This document shows positions 18,139-27,793 of a stretch of 64,000 nucleotides of DNA, piece by piece. A program made the translations under genes and the position numbers. The notes under the pieces are model-generated. The model was not told the DNA's origin. It did not search any database and saw only the letters and a program-made list of their open reading frames with translations. Position 1 is the stretch's first letter. The number at the start of each line of letters is the position of its first letter. Source of the DNA: Fimbriimonadia bacterium. Its GTDB lineage: Bacteria; Armatimonadota; Fimbriimonadia; Fimbriimonadales; JABRVX01. The stretch spans positions 192,001-256,000 of the forward strand of contig JBGPGO010000002.1 in NCBI GenBank assembly GCA_041483895.1, given 5' to 3'.

Positions 18139-19200
18139 CTACGTGTCGTCGGCGGCGAGAAGGCGGGCTTGTTCGTCGGCGATGAGCGCGTCCGCGAAAA
18201 CCTGAATATCACCGTCCAAGATGCCGGAAAGGTTGTTGATATCCAGCTTGATCCGATGGTCCGTGACGCGATTCTGCGGCCAGTTATAAGTTCGTATCTT
18301 CTCGCTGCGGTCCCCGCTTCGGACCGCCGTCTTTCGAGCGGCCGCGGTTTCCGCCAATTGCGCGTGCAGTTCTCGCTCATAAAGCTTGGCCCGCAGCACT
18401 TTCATAGCCTTGTACTTGTTTTGCGCCTGGGACCGTTCGTCTTGGCACTGGACGACGATGCCGGTCGGCCGGTGGACCACACGGATGGCGGTCTCGTTCT
18501 TCTGCATGTGCTGGCCGCCGGCGCTGCTGGCCCGAAAGCTTTCCCAGTCCAGATCGTCCGGATTGATGTTAATATCCACCTCTTCTGCTTCCGGCAGGAC
18601 GACGACGCTGGCCGCGCTGGTGTGCAGGCGACCGCTGCTCTCCGTGGCGGGAACACGCTGCACTCGGTGGACGCCCATTTCGTGCTTGAGCTGGCTGTAT
18701 GCGCCCTTCCCCTCGATGCCGAGCGTGATCTGGCTGGCGCCCCCCATTGCCGACTCCTCGAATTCAATCAGCTCCCATTTCCAGCCGTTTCGCTCCGCGT
18801 ACCGCGAATACATCTTGAACAGGTTGGCGGCAAAGAGGGCCGCCTCCTCCCCGCCCACGCCGGCCCGTATCTCGATAACCACGTTCTTGTCGTCGTTCGG
18901 GTCTTTCGGCAAAAGCATGGCCCGCAGCTTGCCCTCCAGCTCCTCCATCTTCTCCCGCTGGGAGCCGATCTCTTCCTCGGCCATCGGGCGCATTTCCGGG
19001 TCATCGAGGAGGGATTTGGCCTCATTGAGCTGTTCTGTGGCGGATCGATAGTCGCGGAAAACCGTCACGACCGGTTCCAATTCCGCGCGCAGCTTTCCCA
19101 GACGCTGCATCTCCTTTGGGTTGGAACCGATCGATGGGTCGGAAAGGAGCCGCTCAGTCTCCTCAAACCGTTCCTCTACCTGTTTCAGCTTGTCAAGCAC
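18139..19200 (-). CDS. prfA: Peptide chain release factor 1
   Basis: 'EIRAG.GG.EAA.FA', 'HRVQRVPATE' (PxT), GGQ, 'RSEKIRTYN.PQ.RVTDHRI'. Confidence 0.96.
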   Translation of the reverse strand: MLDKLKQVEERFEETERLLSDPSIGSNPKEMQRLGKLRAELEPVVTVFRDYRSATEQLNEAKSLLDDPEMRPMAEEEIGSQREKMEELEGKLRAMLLPKDPNDDKNVVIEIRAGVGGEEAALFAANLFKMYSRYAERNGWKWELIEFEESAMGGASQITLGIEGKGAYSQLKHEMGVHRVQRVPATESSGRLHTSAASVVVLPEAEEVDININPDDLDWESFRASSAGGQHMQKNETAIRVVHRPTGIVVQCQDERSQAQNKYKAMKVLRAKLYERELHAQLAETAAARKTAVRSGDRSEKIRTYNWPQNRVTDHRIKLDINNLSGILDGDIQVFADALIADEQARLLAADDT

Positions 19201-19300
19201 AGCCGCTCAGGATACCCGGCGAAGCGATTGAGAGAAAAGAGGAACCTTGGCCGAGAATTGTGAGTATGATCATGAGAATTCTGACCGGAGGAGTAAGCCC

Positions 19301-20095
19301 ATGTCCGCTGTAATCCTATCCGCACTCATTCTATTTGGAGCTTCCGATGATGCCCACAAACTAGTGCACAAGTTCAAAGAGGGCGATGTGATGAAGTATT
19401 CCATCGTCCGCGAGTCGGCTGATTCCGGCGCGATGATGCCAGGCGCGGGTGGGACTTGGAACGTAGAAGTGAAGGTGGAATCGGTCAAAGACGGCGACGT
19501 CGTACTGAGTGCCAAGAAGACGGTTGAGAAGCTCGATATGGAAGATCAGCCCATGATCAACGAACAGATGCTGAAGCGGATGAAGGCCGCTTCGCAGGCG
19601 ACCATTACGCTCAAGAAGGACGGCGCCGTGGATGTTAAGTCTCCGTCCGGGCTGACCGTAATGGGTGATTTCGGTCAGTGGTACCGCGATTTTCTCTTGG
19701 CCAAATTTCCGGAAGGCAACATAAATATTGGCGACACCTGGGAAGAAAAGTTCAAGCGGCCCGCAGTCGCCAACATCAAGAACCCGAAAGACGAGGTCGT
19801 CACGTACAAGTTGGAGGGGATGGAGACGATCGACGGCGTCATTTGTTACCGAATCTCGGCGGCCTCCACTTCCGATCAGGACGTGACGGGCAAGGCGGCA
19901 CTACAGGAGGGCGAAAAGGGGACGGAGGTCAACTTTTCGATCCATCGATCGTTTAAATATGTGATGTTCTTGGCGTCCGATACTGGCACGCTGATCAAGA
20001 AGTCCGGCACGGAAGAGATGCAGGTGCGGGGCGAGAACATGCCGGAAATCCCGCCGATGACAACGAACCTGACGGTGAAATTGGCAAAGAGATAG
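19301..20095 (+). CDS. Hypothetical secreted beta-rich protein
   Basis: GGAGGAG SD; short signal peptide; coding-like codon usage. Confidence 0.65.
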   Translation: MSAVILSALILFGASDDAHKLVHKFKEGDVMKYSIVRESADSGAMMPGAGGTWNVEVKVESVKDGDVVLSAKKTVEKLDMEDQPMINEQMLKRMKAASQATITLKKDGAVDVKSPSGLTVMGDFGQWYRDFLLAKFPEGNINIGDTWEEKFKRPAVANIKNPKDEVVTYKLEGMETIDGVICYRISAASTSDQDVTGKAALQEGEKGTEVNFSIHRSFKYVMFLASDTGTLIKKSGTEEMQVRGENMPEIPPMTTNLTVKLAKR

Positions 20096-20210
20096 GTTAT
20101 CGTCAGAGTCTTTGTTGTCGGTGGTTTGAGGAGGGTTCGCTGGCCATGAACCCTGGCACATTTCCCCCGTAGGTGCAACACCGCGAAAATCAGTGTTATC
20201 ATAGACAGTA

Positions 20211-21878
20211 ATGATCGCGAAACCGTCGATAGCTCTCTTAGTGGCGGCGCTCTCCGGGTCGGCGTGGTGCTCGGGGTTATCTCTCGCCTCCGTCTCCACG
20301 GAAAACATCCAAGGCGCCGGGCTTTCCGGTACGCCCGCGATCAGCGCTGACGGCCGTTTTGTCGCGTTCGTAAGTTCGGCGGCAAATCTTGTTCCCAACG
20401 ATACGAACGGAAAAGCGGACGTCTTTGTGCGAGACCTTTTGTTGGGGACGACGGAGATTGTCAGCATCAGCACGGATGGCACTCAGGGGAACGACGACGC
20501 ATCCTATCCGGCGATCAGCGCGGATGGGCGGATTGTCGCGTTCACCAGTCGAGCGAACAACCTGGTACCCAACGATACCAACGGTTGGTGGGACATCTTC
20601 GTACGCGATCGGCAGACCGGGATCACGGAGCGGGTCAGCGTAAGCTCGACCGGGGAGCAGGCGAATCACTTCAGCTTCCAGCCGTCCCTGTCCGCCGACG
20701 GGAATCTGGTCTGTTTCGTTAGCCCGGCTTCCAACCTTGTTACAGGCGACACCAATGGAGTAAAGGATATATTCGTACGAGATCGGCAATTGGGGACCAC
20801 CGAGCGAGTTTCCGTTTCGTCTTCCGGCGAGGAGGCCGATCGGCAGACCACCATCGGAGTGATCAGCGCGGATGGCTCGTGCGTCGCGATGGTCAGCTAT
20901 GCCACGAATCTGGCTCCGGGCGATACGGGGCTCTATTCCGATCTGTTCTTGCACGACCGCGGTACGGGGGAGACGATCGAGTTGACGGCAGGCGGCGACG
21001 GGCCCACATTCGATTGTTCGATCAGCGCGTCGGGCCGATTCGTCGCCTTCGTGAGCGATGCCTCGAATCTTGTGCCAAACGATACCAATGGCGTGAAGGA
21101 CGTGTTTGTTTACGACGCAGCGACGGGTATGACCGACCGAATTTCCGTATCGACCGACGGAGCGGAGTTGAACGGGGATTCGACATCGGGGACCCTGTCG
21201 GCTGATGGCCGGTTCGTTGGATTTTGGAGCGGGTCCACGAATGCCGTCCCAGGCGATATCAATGGCCACCTGGACTGCTTTGTGCGCGACCGGATGCTGG
21301 GTACCACAACATGCGTCAGTGCGGGTGGGAATGCGGACAGCTACGAACCGGTCTTTTCCGCCGACGGTTCCCGTTTGGCGTTCCAGAGTCTTGCCTCCAA
21401 CCTCGTGGCGGGCGATACGAACGGTGATTGGGACGTGTTCGTCATGCAACTGCCGACCGCCACGGTCAGTGGTTCGGTTGATTTTGGCGTTGCCAATCCG
21501 CCGACCTCGGTGAACATGCGCCTCTCTTGGTCCGGCTGGGATGAGCCGTTTATGGTAGCGCCCACCGCGTTGAATGGTCAAGGGGAATTCACGATTGCAA
21601 CTCCGAGCGGCCCTCTAGACCTCTCGATCAAGCCCAATCATTGGCTGCGAAGGACACTGGCAGCCGACACGACTTCCGGTAATGCGAGCGGGCTTTTCTT
21701 CGAATTGGCCAATGGCGACGCGGAGGAGGACAACGCGATCGACCTGCTGGACCTGAACCGTATACTGACGGAGTTTGGCAGTGTTGACAATGAGGCGGAC
21801 CTGGACGGATCGGGCCAGATCGATCTTCCCGATCTCAACATCGTATTTCTCAACTTTGGGATGGCTGGGGATTCGTAG
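20211..21878 (+). CDS. Secreted TolB-like beta-propeller protein with C-terminal dockerin-like module
   Basis: Repeated 'PAISADGRFVAF.S.A.NLVP.DTNG..DVFVRD'; C-terminal 'NGDA..DN.IDL.DL...ADLDGSG.IDL.DL'. Confidence 0.85.
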   Translation: MIAKPSIALLVAALSGSAWCSGLSLASVSTENIQGAGLSGTPAISADGRFVAFVSSAANLVPNDTNGKADVFVRDLLLGTTEIVSISTDGTQGNDDASYPAISADGRIVAFTSRANNLVPNDTNGWWDIFVRDRQTGITERVSVSSTGEQANHFSFQPSLSADGNLVCFVSPASNLVTGDTNGVKDIFVRDRQLGTTERVSVSSSGEEADRQTTIGVISADGSCVAMVSYATNLAPGDTGLYSDLFLHDRGTGETIELTAGGDGPTFDCSISASGRFVAFVSDASNLVPNDTNGVKDVFVYDAATGMTDRISVSTDGAELNGDSTSGTLSADGRFVGFWSGSTNAVPGDINGHLDCFVRDRMLGTTTCVSAGGNADSYEPVFSADGSRLAFQSLASNLVAGDTNGDWDVFVMQLPTATVSGSVDFGVANPPTSVNMRLSWSGWDEPFMVAPTALNGQGEFTIATPSGPLDLSIKPNHWLRRTLAADTTSGNASGLFFELANGDAEEDNAIDLLDLNRILTEFGSVDNEADLDGSGQIDLPDLNIVFLNFGMAGDS

Positions 21879-21880
21879 TT

Positions 21881-22966
21881 CTACCAGCGCAATCGGAACC
21901 GCACATACACCGGACCGACCTCGTTTCGCATCACCATATCCGCCAACGCCTTGCCGGTCAGCGGGCCGAATTTGAATCCGTGGCCGGAGCAGGCGGAGGC
22001 GAACACCGCGCCAGGGAGTCCGGGCACGCGATCGATCAGGAAGTCATCGTCCGGCGTGTTTGTGTAGAGACAGCGTTTTGATTCGATCAGGGTCGTGTCT
22101 AACTCCGGCAGGCGATTGCGAAGATATTCCAGGATGCGGTCCCAGGCGTTAGAAGTTAGGTCGTTAGGAATTGACGACGGATCGACCTCCGGACCATGAA
22201 AGTGTTGCCCGACTTTCACACCAGGCGCGCCGTCGTGGGACGGAAAACCATACATGAAAGTCTCGGCGTCGATCCAGACGGGCAGGGAATCCGTATCAGG
22301 ACCCGATGGGACGAAGAACGCCTCCTGCAATGTGACCGTAAGCGGTGCTTCTGGCACGAAGCGCTTGGTCCATGGACCGGCAGTGATCACGGCGGCATCG
22401 AAGGGCTGTGTGCCATCCGTTGTCGTTACAAGGACCTGCGCGTCGCCGCGCGCCACCAGAGCGACCGGGCAGTTCTCTCGCAGCTCCGCCCCATGCAGCG
22501 CCGCCGAATCGGCAAACGCGCGGACGCACCGGGAGGCGAGGAGAATACCGGTGTCCTCTTGATAGATGACAATCTCATGTGATTGGAACCGGAAGGACGG
22601 AAATCGCTCCATAGCGGCGCCGGCGTCCAGCTTTTCATATGGCAGGTTTTCCGAATCGAGCGCGGCGAGGATGGCAAGGATGTCCGGATGGTCGGCGGGA
22701 CCGAAATAGATGCCGCCGGTCGAAATCCGCAACGTCTCGCCGCACTCCTCCTCCAACTCGTCCCACAGCCGGTAGGCCTCGTTCATCAAATGTGTGTAGT
22801 CGGCGTCCGGATAGGTGCGCCGGATGATGCGGGAGGGGCCGAAGGAGCTACCTCGATCGTGATCGATGGTGAACTGCTCGAAGACCGTGACGCTTTGGCC
22901 CGTTCGCGCCAAACACCGCGCCGCCGCGCACCCCGCCAATCCCCCGCCGATGACCGCAACTCTCAC
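21881..22966 (-). CDS. solA: N-methyl-L-tryptophan / monomeric sarcosine oxidase family FAD oxidoreductase
   Basis: GGGLAG, 'GSS.G.SRIIR', 'CLYTNTPD..F.ID', 'CSGHGFKF'. Confidence 0.8.
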   Translation of the reverse strand: MRVAVIGGGLAGCAAARCLARTGQSVTVFEQFTIDHDRGSSFGPSRIIRRTYPDADYTHLMNEAYRLWDELEEECGETLRISTGGIYFGPADHPDILAILAALDSENLPYEKLDAGAAMERFPSFRFQSHEIVIYQEDTGILLASRCVRAFADSAALHGAELRENCPVALVARGDAQVLVTTTDGTQPFDAAVITAGPWTKRFVPEAPLTVTLQEAFFVPSGPDTDSLPVWIDAETFMYGFPSHDGAPGVKVGQHFHGPEVDPSSIPNDLTSNAWDRILEYLRNRLPELDTTLIESKRCLYTNTPDDDFLIDRVPGLPGAVFASACSGHGFKFGPLTGKALADMVMRNEVGPVYVRFRLRW

Positions 22967-22969
22967 ACT

Positions 22970-24442
22970 CTATTGTAGCTTCACGATCTTTGCCTCAGCG
23001 CAGGGGACACCGCTATTGTCCAGAACCCACAGCATGTAATATCCCGGTGGAGCGTACTTTGCATTCGCCGGTGGCGTAACGTGGACAGTTCCTGTTGGCG
23101 GGATCGGCAAAGTGTACAAGAGCTGGAGATATCGTTGATCTTGATCGAACCCATGTGTGACGCTTCCAAGACGGATGAGAGAAACTTTGTTAACGCTTTT
23201 GCCGGAGGGAACCGACACGGTTATGTCAAACGAGGTCGAATAGGAAATTGTTGACGGGGCGGACGTAATCGCTATGCGCGAAGGGCTTCCGTCCAAATAG
23301 GGCGGCGAGAAGATCTGCATGGACGCGTAAAAGTTTCCTCCAGCGACTAGTACCCGCGCGTCCGGAAGGAGCAGGGCGGTCGAGTGATACCTGCGCGGTG
23401 CGGTCATCGGCGCGTGCTCGACCCAAGCAGGCGACTGTGCACTGGGATCAAGAATCTCAGGGGTCAACACGGGGGCCACGTAGTTGTCGCCAGGCACGTT
23501 GCGTCCGTCGTCCCCCCACTTATTCCCGCCGACGCAAAGAATCTTTCCGTCCGGGAGCATAACTAAATTGTGATTCCTGCGCGCGTTGTTCAAGCTAGGT
23601 CCCCCCGTCCAAGTGTGGCTCCCCGACGCGGTCAAGTCGATCATTCGCACTGTGGCGATCCCAGGGTGCTCGCCGCCGCATCGCAATATCTTTCCCGGCT
23701 TGTACATAACGGCGGATCCACTGCCTTCGTTTGCCCCTCCTGTCGTAATCGGCGCGGACCAGACCTGATCGACCCAGTCCAAGATCATCGGATAAATCCC
23801 GGGCGATCCGCCGCGATCGGGTCCGGCGAAGAACACGCTGCCGGCGGGGAATGTCACAAGGCTAACCGTGATTTGGTCCGGAAGGACAAACATGTAGGCG
23901 TACTGTGTCAGCTTCTGGTCAGCGTCCGTCAGCTGTTCCCACATCGCGTCCTGGCTTCCGCCGTCCGGATCGAATACTTCGGGTATTTGATTGTAGATAC
24001 CCTCATCTTTGGTACCGCCCGCGACGAGAAGGCGGCCGTCCGGCAAAGTAGTGCAGGTCGGGTACCACCGCACATCGTGCATGTCATAGGCGGTTGCCGT
24101 CCACGTCCCGCCGTCATCAACCGGATCGAAAAGATCTCCAAAGACTGTGCCAACGAATGTGTCATGTTGGCCACCCGCGACAAGCAGCCGGCCGTCAGGC
24201 AGCGCGCAATGCCCAGCACAGAGCATGATGTTGTGACTATTTGGTTTGTTGGTAAAGTCGCCCGTCGCCGGATCCCAGAGCCAACAGTCTGGGGTCGACA
24301 GGTCGCTTGTGCCCACTAACTTGCCATATCCCCAAGCCAACACCTTTCCCGTGTGGAGAAGCGCCATGTGGACCGCCACCAAGATGTCAGATTCGGTGCT
24401 TCCAGATGCCGTTTGAAAAGGGTCTTCCCAAGATCCCGCCAT
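22970..24442 (-). CDS. Galactose oxidase-like copper radical oxidase (Kelch repeats plus DUF1929/E-set domain)
   Basis: 'LCAGH', 'RWYPT', 'RRYHSTALLLPD.RVLVAGG', 'SPPYL', 'SVTH..D.DQR', 'APPGYYML'. Confidence 0.88.
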   Translation of the reverse strand: MAGSWEDPFQTASGSTESDILVAVHMALLHTGKVLAWGYGKLVGTSDLSTPDCWLWDPATGDFTNKPNSHNIMLCAGHCALPDGRLLVAGGQHDTFVGTVFGDLFDPVDDGGTWTATAYDMHDVRWYPTCTTLPDGRLLVAGGTKDEGIYNQIPEVFDPDGGSQDAMWEQLTDADQKLTQYAYMFVLPDQITVSLVTFPAGSVFFAGPDRGGSPGIYPMILDWVDQVWSAPITTGGANEGSGSAVMYKPGKILRCGGEHPGIATVRMIDLTASGSHTWTGGPSLNNARRNHNLVMLPDGKILCVGGNKWGDDGRNVPGDNYVAPVLTPEILDPSAQSPAWVEHAPMTAPRRYHSTALLLPDARVLVAGGNFYASMQIFSPPYLDGSPSRIAITSAPSTISYSTSFDITVSVPSGKSVNKVSLIRLGSVTHGFDQDQRYLQLLYTLPIPPTGTVHVTPPANAKYAPPGYYMLWVLDNSGVPCAEAKIVKLQ

Positions 24443-24445
24443 CGT

Positions 24446-25129
24446 TCACCTCCTTAGACGCCGTCGAACCGTTATCCGTGCCACGCCTGCAGCCAGTACA
24501 ACCAGTACCGCGGGTTCCGGAACGACCTCAACCGAATCCACGTACAGCGCTCCAAATCCAACGTGGTCGTTCGGACCTCCGAAATACATCCCAGCAGCAC
24601 CTACCGTATACGTCTTCATCGTTTCCCCGCTTGCTACCAACTGACCGTCGACATAGGCGCGCCCGGAAGAACCGCCGCGAGTGACCGTGAATTCGTGCAT
24701 GCCGGAATTGGGTTCCGGAAGATTGACGGTGCCAATGCCGTCGACGTACACATAGAACTGAATGTCCGTTAGGTTTTTCCGCAAATGGACGGAGGCGAGA
24801 TCGGCGTTGCCAAAATCGTCGTTATAGGTTCCCACACCAATTGTCACACTTTGTCGATCCCCCTGATCCCATCCGAATAGCGCCGTGAACCGAAAGTCGC
24901 CGTATGGTTCCACGGCGGTCCTAACAACAACCACGCTCCAGCCGGTCGGATCGCCGTCGAGCCCGTTTACTTTTAGCAGACTGTTGGCCACGACATAGTG
25001 CAACTGGCCCTGATGCCCGGCGTTGGAGATTTTCCAGTTGGACCCGAGCTTATCCCCGTCGAAGCCGTCGAAGAACGCTTGCGACATCAACGGAACGACC
25101 ACGATTGATAGAGCGACTAACCTTCTCAT
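24446..25129 (-). CDS. PEP-CTERM protein with concanavalin/laminin-G-like beta-sandwich
   Basis: Signal peptide; C-terminal VPEP + TM + RRRLRR. Confidence 0.82.
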   Translation of the reverse strand: MRRLVALSIVVVPLMSQAFFDGFDGDKLGSNWKISNAGHQGQLHYVVANSLLKVNGLDGDPTGWSVVVVRTAVEPYGDFRFTALFGWDQGDRQSVTIGVGTYNDDFGNADLASVHLRKNLTDIQFYVYVDGIGTVNLPEPNSGMHEFTVTRGGSSGRAYVDGQLVASGETMKTYTVGAAGMYFGGPNDHVGFGALYVDSVEVVPEPAVLVVLAAGVARITVRRRLRR

Positions 25130-25181
25130 TTTCTTCCTCCCGGTTCCAATTCAACCGCTTCGCGCAATGCAAACCCAATGA

Positions 25182-25222
25182 GGCACAATTACACTGTAAG
25201 CGATCCCCCCCGATTTGTCAAG
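25182..25222 (-). promoter_or_regulatory. Sigma70-type promoter, copy 1 of an identical 41-bp duplicate
   Basis: TTGACA (25221-25216) - 17 bp containing G7 - TACAGT (25198-25193). Confidence 0.75.
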
Positions 25223-25569
25223 GGGCAGACCGAAGATTCTTCGGTTGAGGCAATGTCTGTCCCGACCTGGCTGTCCTTTTGGCCGCCAACGACCAGGAGC
25301 CGACCGTCGGCTAATGCCGAGTGCCCGCCGCAGAACATGTTGTTTCGCAGGTTCGAAACCTTGACGAATGCGTCCTCCGACGGATCCCAAAGCCAGCATC
25401 CGAGCGTAGTTAGCACCTCAGGTAGCACGTCGGTGGCGGCGTGCCATTCGCCTTCGCCCCACGCCAGCACCTTCCCCGTGCGCAGCAGGGTCATGTGTAT
25501 GGCGACGAGTCGATCCGGCTTTGTGTTCCCTGCAGACCATTGAACCGGCTGTGTCCATGATCCTCCCAT
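25223..25569 (-). pseudogene. 3'-truncated paralogue of the galactose oxidase-like gene
   Basis: 'VAIHM.LL.TGKVLAWG...CWLWDP...MFCGGHSALADGRLLVVGGQ' aligns to the N-terminus of 22970-24442, then breaks off at the duplicated promoter. Confidence 0.85.
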
Positions 25570-25575
25570 TTCTCT

Positions 25576-26253
25576 TCACCTCCTTCGTCTTGAGTAGGCG
25601 ATTACAACGCCGGCGCCTGCGCATACCAAGGGCAGACTGCTTGGCTCCGGCGCCACTTGGATGAAATCGACATACAGCGGCGATTATCCAATGCCATCGC
25701 TGGGTCCGCCGAATTTCATTCCGGTGCCTCCCACCTTCCATCCAGTCATGTTCTCCGTGCTCGCAACAAGTTGGCCGTCCAAATACGCCCGCCCCATAGA
25801 ACCGTTTCGAGTAGCGCGAAATTCGTGGAATCCAACGGCGGGCTCGGGCAAGTAGATCTGATCCGCCCCAGCCAGACTGACGGATGTCTCTCCTCCCGGG
25901 TATCCGTTAAAACCAAAACTGGCTAGACGGGCAAACCCAAATTGATCATTGTAGGTGCCTACTCCAATAACAATGCTTCGATTCGTGCCCATGTCCCATC
26001 CGAAAACGGCCCTAAAGTCAAAATCTTGATACGGTTCTACCGCCGCGTGAAGGAAGACGCTGCTATATCCGGTCGGACTGTTGTAGACTCGGGTCACCGT
26101 CAGAAGGCTGTTGGCGACCGTATAGTTCGCTATGTCGTCGTTCTCCGACCACTCCTTCCAATGCGAGCCGAGCTTATTGCCGTCGAAGCTGTCGTAGAAG
26201 GCCAGAGACGTTAGCGGCAGGACACCGATCGATAGCGCGATTAACTTTCTCAT
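25576..26253 (-). pseudogene. PEP-CTERM paralogue of 24446-25129 with an in-frame premature TAA at 25684-25686
   Basis: After the TAA the same frame continues 'SPLYVDFIQVAPEPSSLPLVCAGAGVVIAYSRRRR*'. Confidence 0.85.
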
Positions 26254-26305
26254 TTTCTTCCTCCAAGTTCCAATACATTCGCTTTACGCAATGCAAATCC
26301 AATCC

Positions 26306-26346
26306 GGCACAATTACACTGTAAGCGATCCCCCCCGATTTGTCAAG
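26306..26346 (-). promoter_or_regulatory. Sigma70-type promoter, copy 2 of the identical 41-bp duplicate
   Basis: TTGACA (26345-26340) - 17 bp with G7 - TACAGT (26322-26317). Confidence 0.75.
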
Positions 26347-26530
26347 AGGTGTCCCGAAAAACGTTCCGGTTTGACGGGCTTTATACCGACAAGCGCCGGC
26401 TCGGTAGAAACAGTGCGAGGCTCTCAAGGTTGTCAGATGAAACGAAGTGTTTACGATTTCCTAATCGTTTCTTGCCAGACGAATTCAGCGCGCGCATCCC
26501 CTTGACTATTTGGACAGGTAGAATCCCCTC

Positions 26531-27793
26531 ATGCCAGCCTGGATTGCCTGCACCCTCGTTGCCGCGTCGCTCACCACGCAAACACCCGTCCCGAAGGCGA
26601 TAACGAAAAAGCTTGACTCGGGGGTCACGCTGATCGTCCAAGAGGACCACGCCGCGCCGATAGTAGGCATCGAGGTGTTCGTGAAGGCGGGGACCGCGCG
26701 CGAGACCGCCGACACGCTGGGGTGCGCGCACATGATGGAGCACATCGCCTTTCGCGGCACCAAGGCACATCCGGGAAACGCCATCGACGCGGCGGCGGAA
26801 AAGCTCGGCTATCGCCTTCTCGCCGCAACGCAGAAAGAGATCGTCCATTACACCGCAACCTGCCTCAGCAAAGACTGGAAGTCCCTATTGGGATTGATCG
26901 CCGACGCGATCATCAATCCCGCTCCCGATGAGCGGGCGTTTCAAGCGGAGCGCCGAGTGGTGATGCAGGAGTATTTCGCGCGCCGGGACAACCCGATGGA
27001 GTTTCTGTACGACACGATGTATGGGATTGCCTACGGCAAGACGGGATACGGAGCGCCGACGGGAGGCGATCCGGAATCCATTCAGGCGCTGACATTGGCC
27101 AAAACGCTGGACTTTTGGAAACAGTGGTACGAATCGGGAAATACCTACATTGCGGTCGTGGGGGACGTGCAGGCCGCTGACGTGCAAAAGGAGGTGGAGC
27201 TCTGGTTTAACTTGATGCCAAGGGGAGCCGGCTCGCCGATTCCCGCGCTAAGAGCATCGGAAGGCAAGGTGGTGGACGAAAAGGGCCCGTTCACGAAGGC
27301 GGCGCTCTCCTTCGCCTATCCCTCCATCCCGGCCAAAAGAATCGAAGATTCCGCGGTCTTGGACATTCTCACCGGCTTGATGATGAACCGGCGCAAAGAG
27401 TTGGACGGAGCGATCGCCTTCGATGTCCGATATTCAACCGAATCGAACGCAGAGATTGTGGTGCTCATGCTGTTCTGTGAAGAGTCGGCGCTGGCAGACC
27501 TAACCGAAAAGACTAAGGGACTCGTCGCGAAAATCGCTGCGGGAGAGTTTTCGGAAGCCGAGTTTCAGGCGGCACGTAACAAGGCATTGGCGCAGGAACT
27601 CTACCAGGTCGAAACCCCAACCGGCCGGGCCTTCGCGCTTGCTTATTGGGCGGCAACGGGCGATGAGGCGACAACCAGCCGGTACCAAAAGACGCTCGCT
27701 TCGGCGACGATTGCGGACGCCAAGCGGGTTGCGCGAGAGGTTTTCAATCCGGCCAAGGCGATGCAACTTACTTGGCATGTGAGTGGGCAATGA
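26531..27793 (+). CDS. M16 (pitrilysin) family zinc peptidase, catalytic subunit
   Basis: 'G.AHMMEH..FRGT' (HxxEH) and 'ERRVV.QE'. Confidence 0.88.
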   Translation: MPAWIACTLVAASLTTQTPVPKAITKKLDSGVTLIVQEDHAAPIVGIEVFVKAGTARETADTLGCAHMMEHIAFRGTKAHPGNAIDAAAEKLGYRLLAATQKEIVHYTATCLSKDWKSLLGLIADAIINPAPDERAFQAERRVVMQEYFARRDNPMEFLYDTMYGIAYGKTGYGAPTGGDPESIQALTLAKTLDFWKQWYESGNTYIAVVGDVQAADVQKEVELWFNLMPRGAGSPIPALRASEGKVVDEKGPFTKAALSFAYPSIPAKRIEDSAVLDILTGLMMNRRKELDGAIAFDVRYSTESNAEIVVLMLFCEESALADLTEKTKGLVAKIAAGEFSEAEFQAARNKALAQELYQVETPTGRAFALAYWAATGDEATTSRYQKTLASATIADAKRVAREVFNPAKAMQLTWHVSGQ

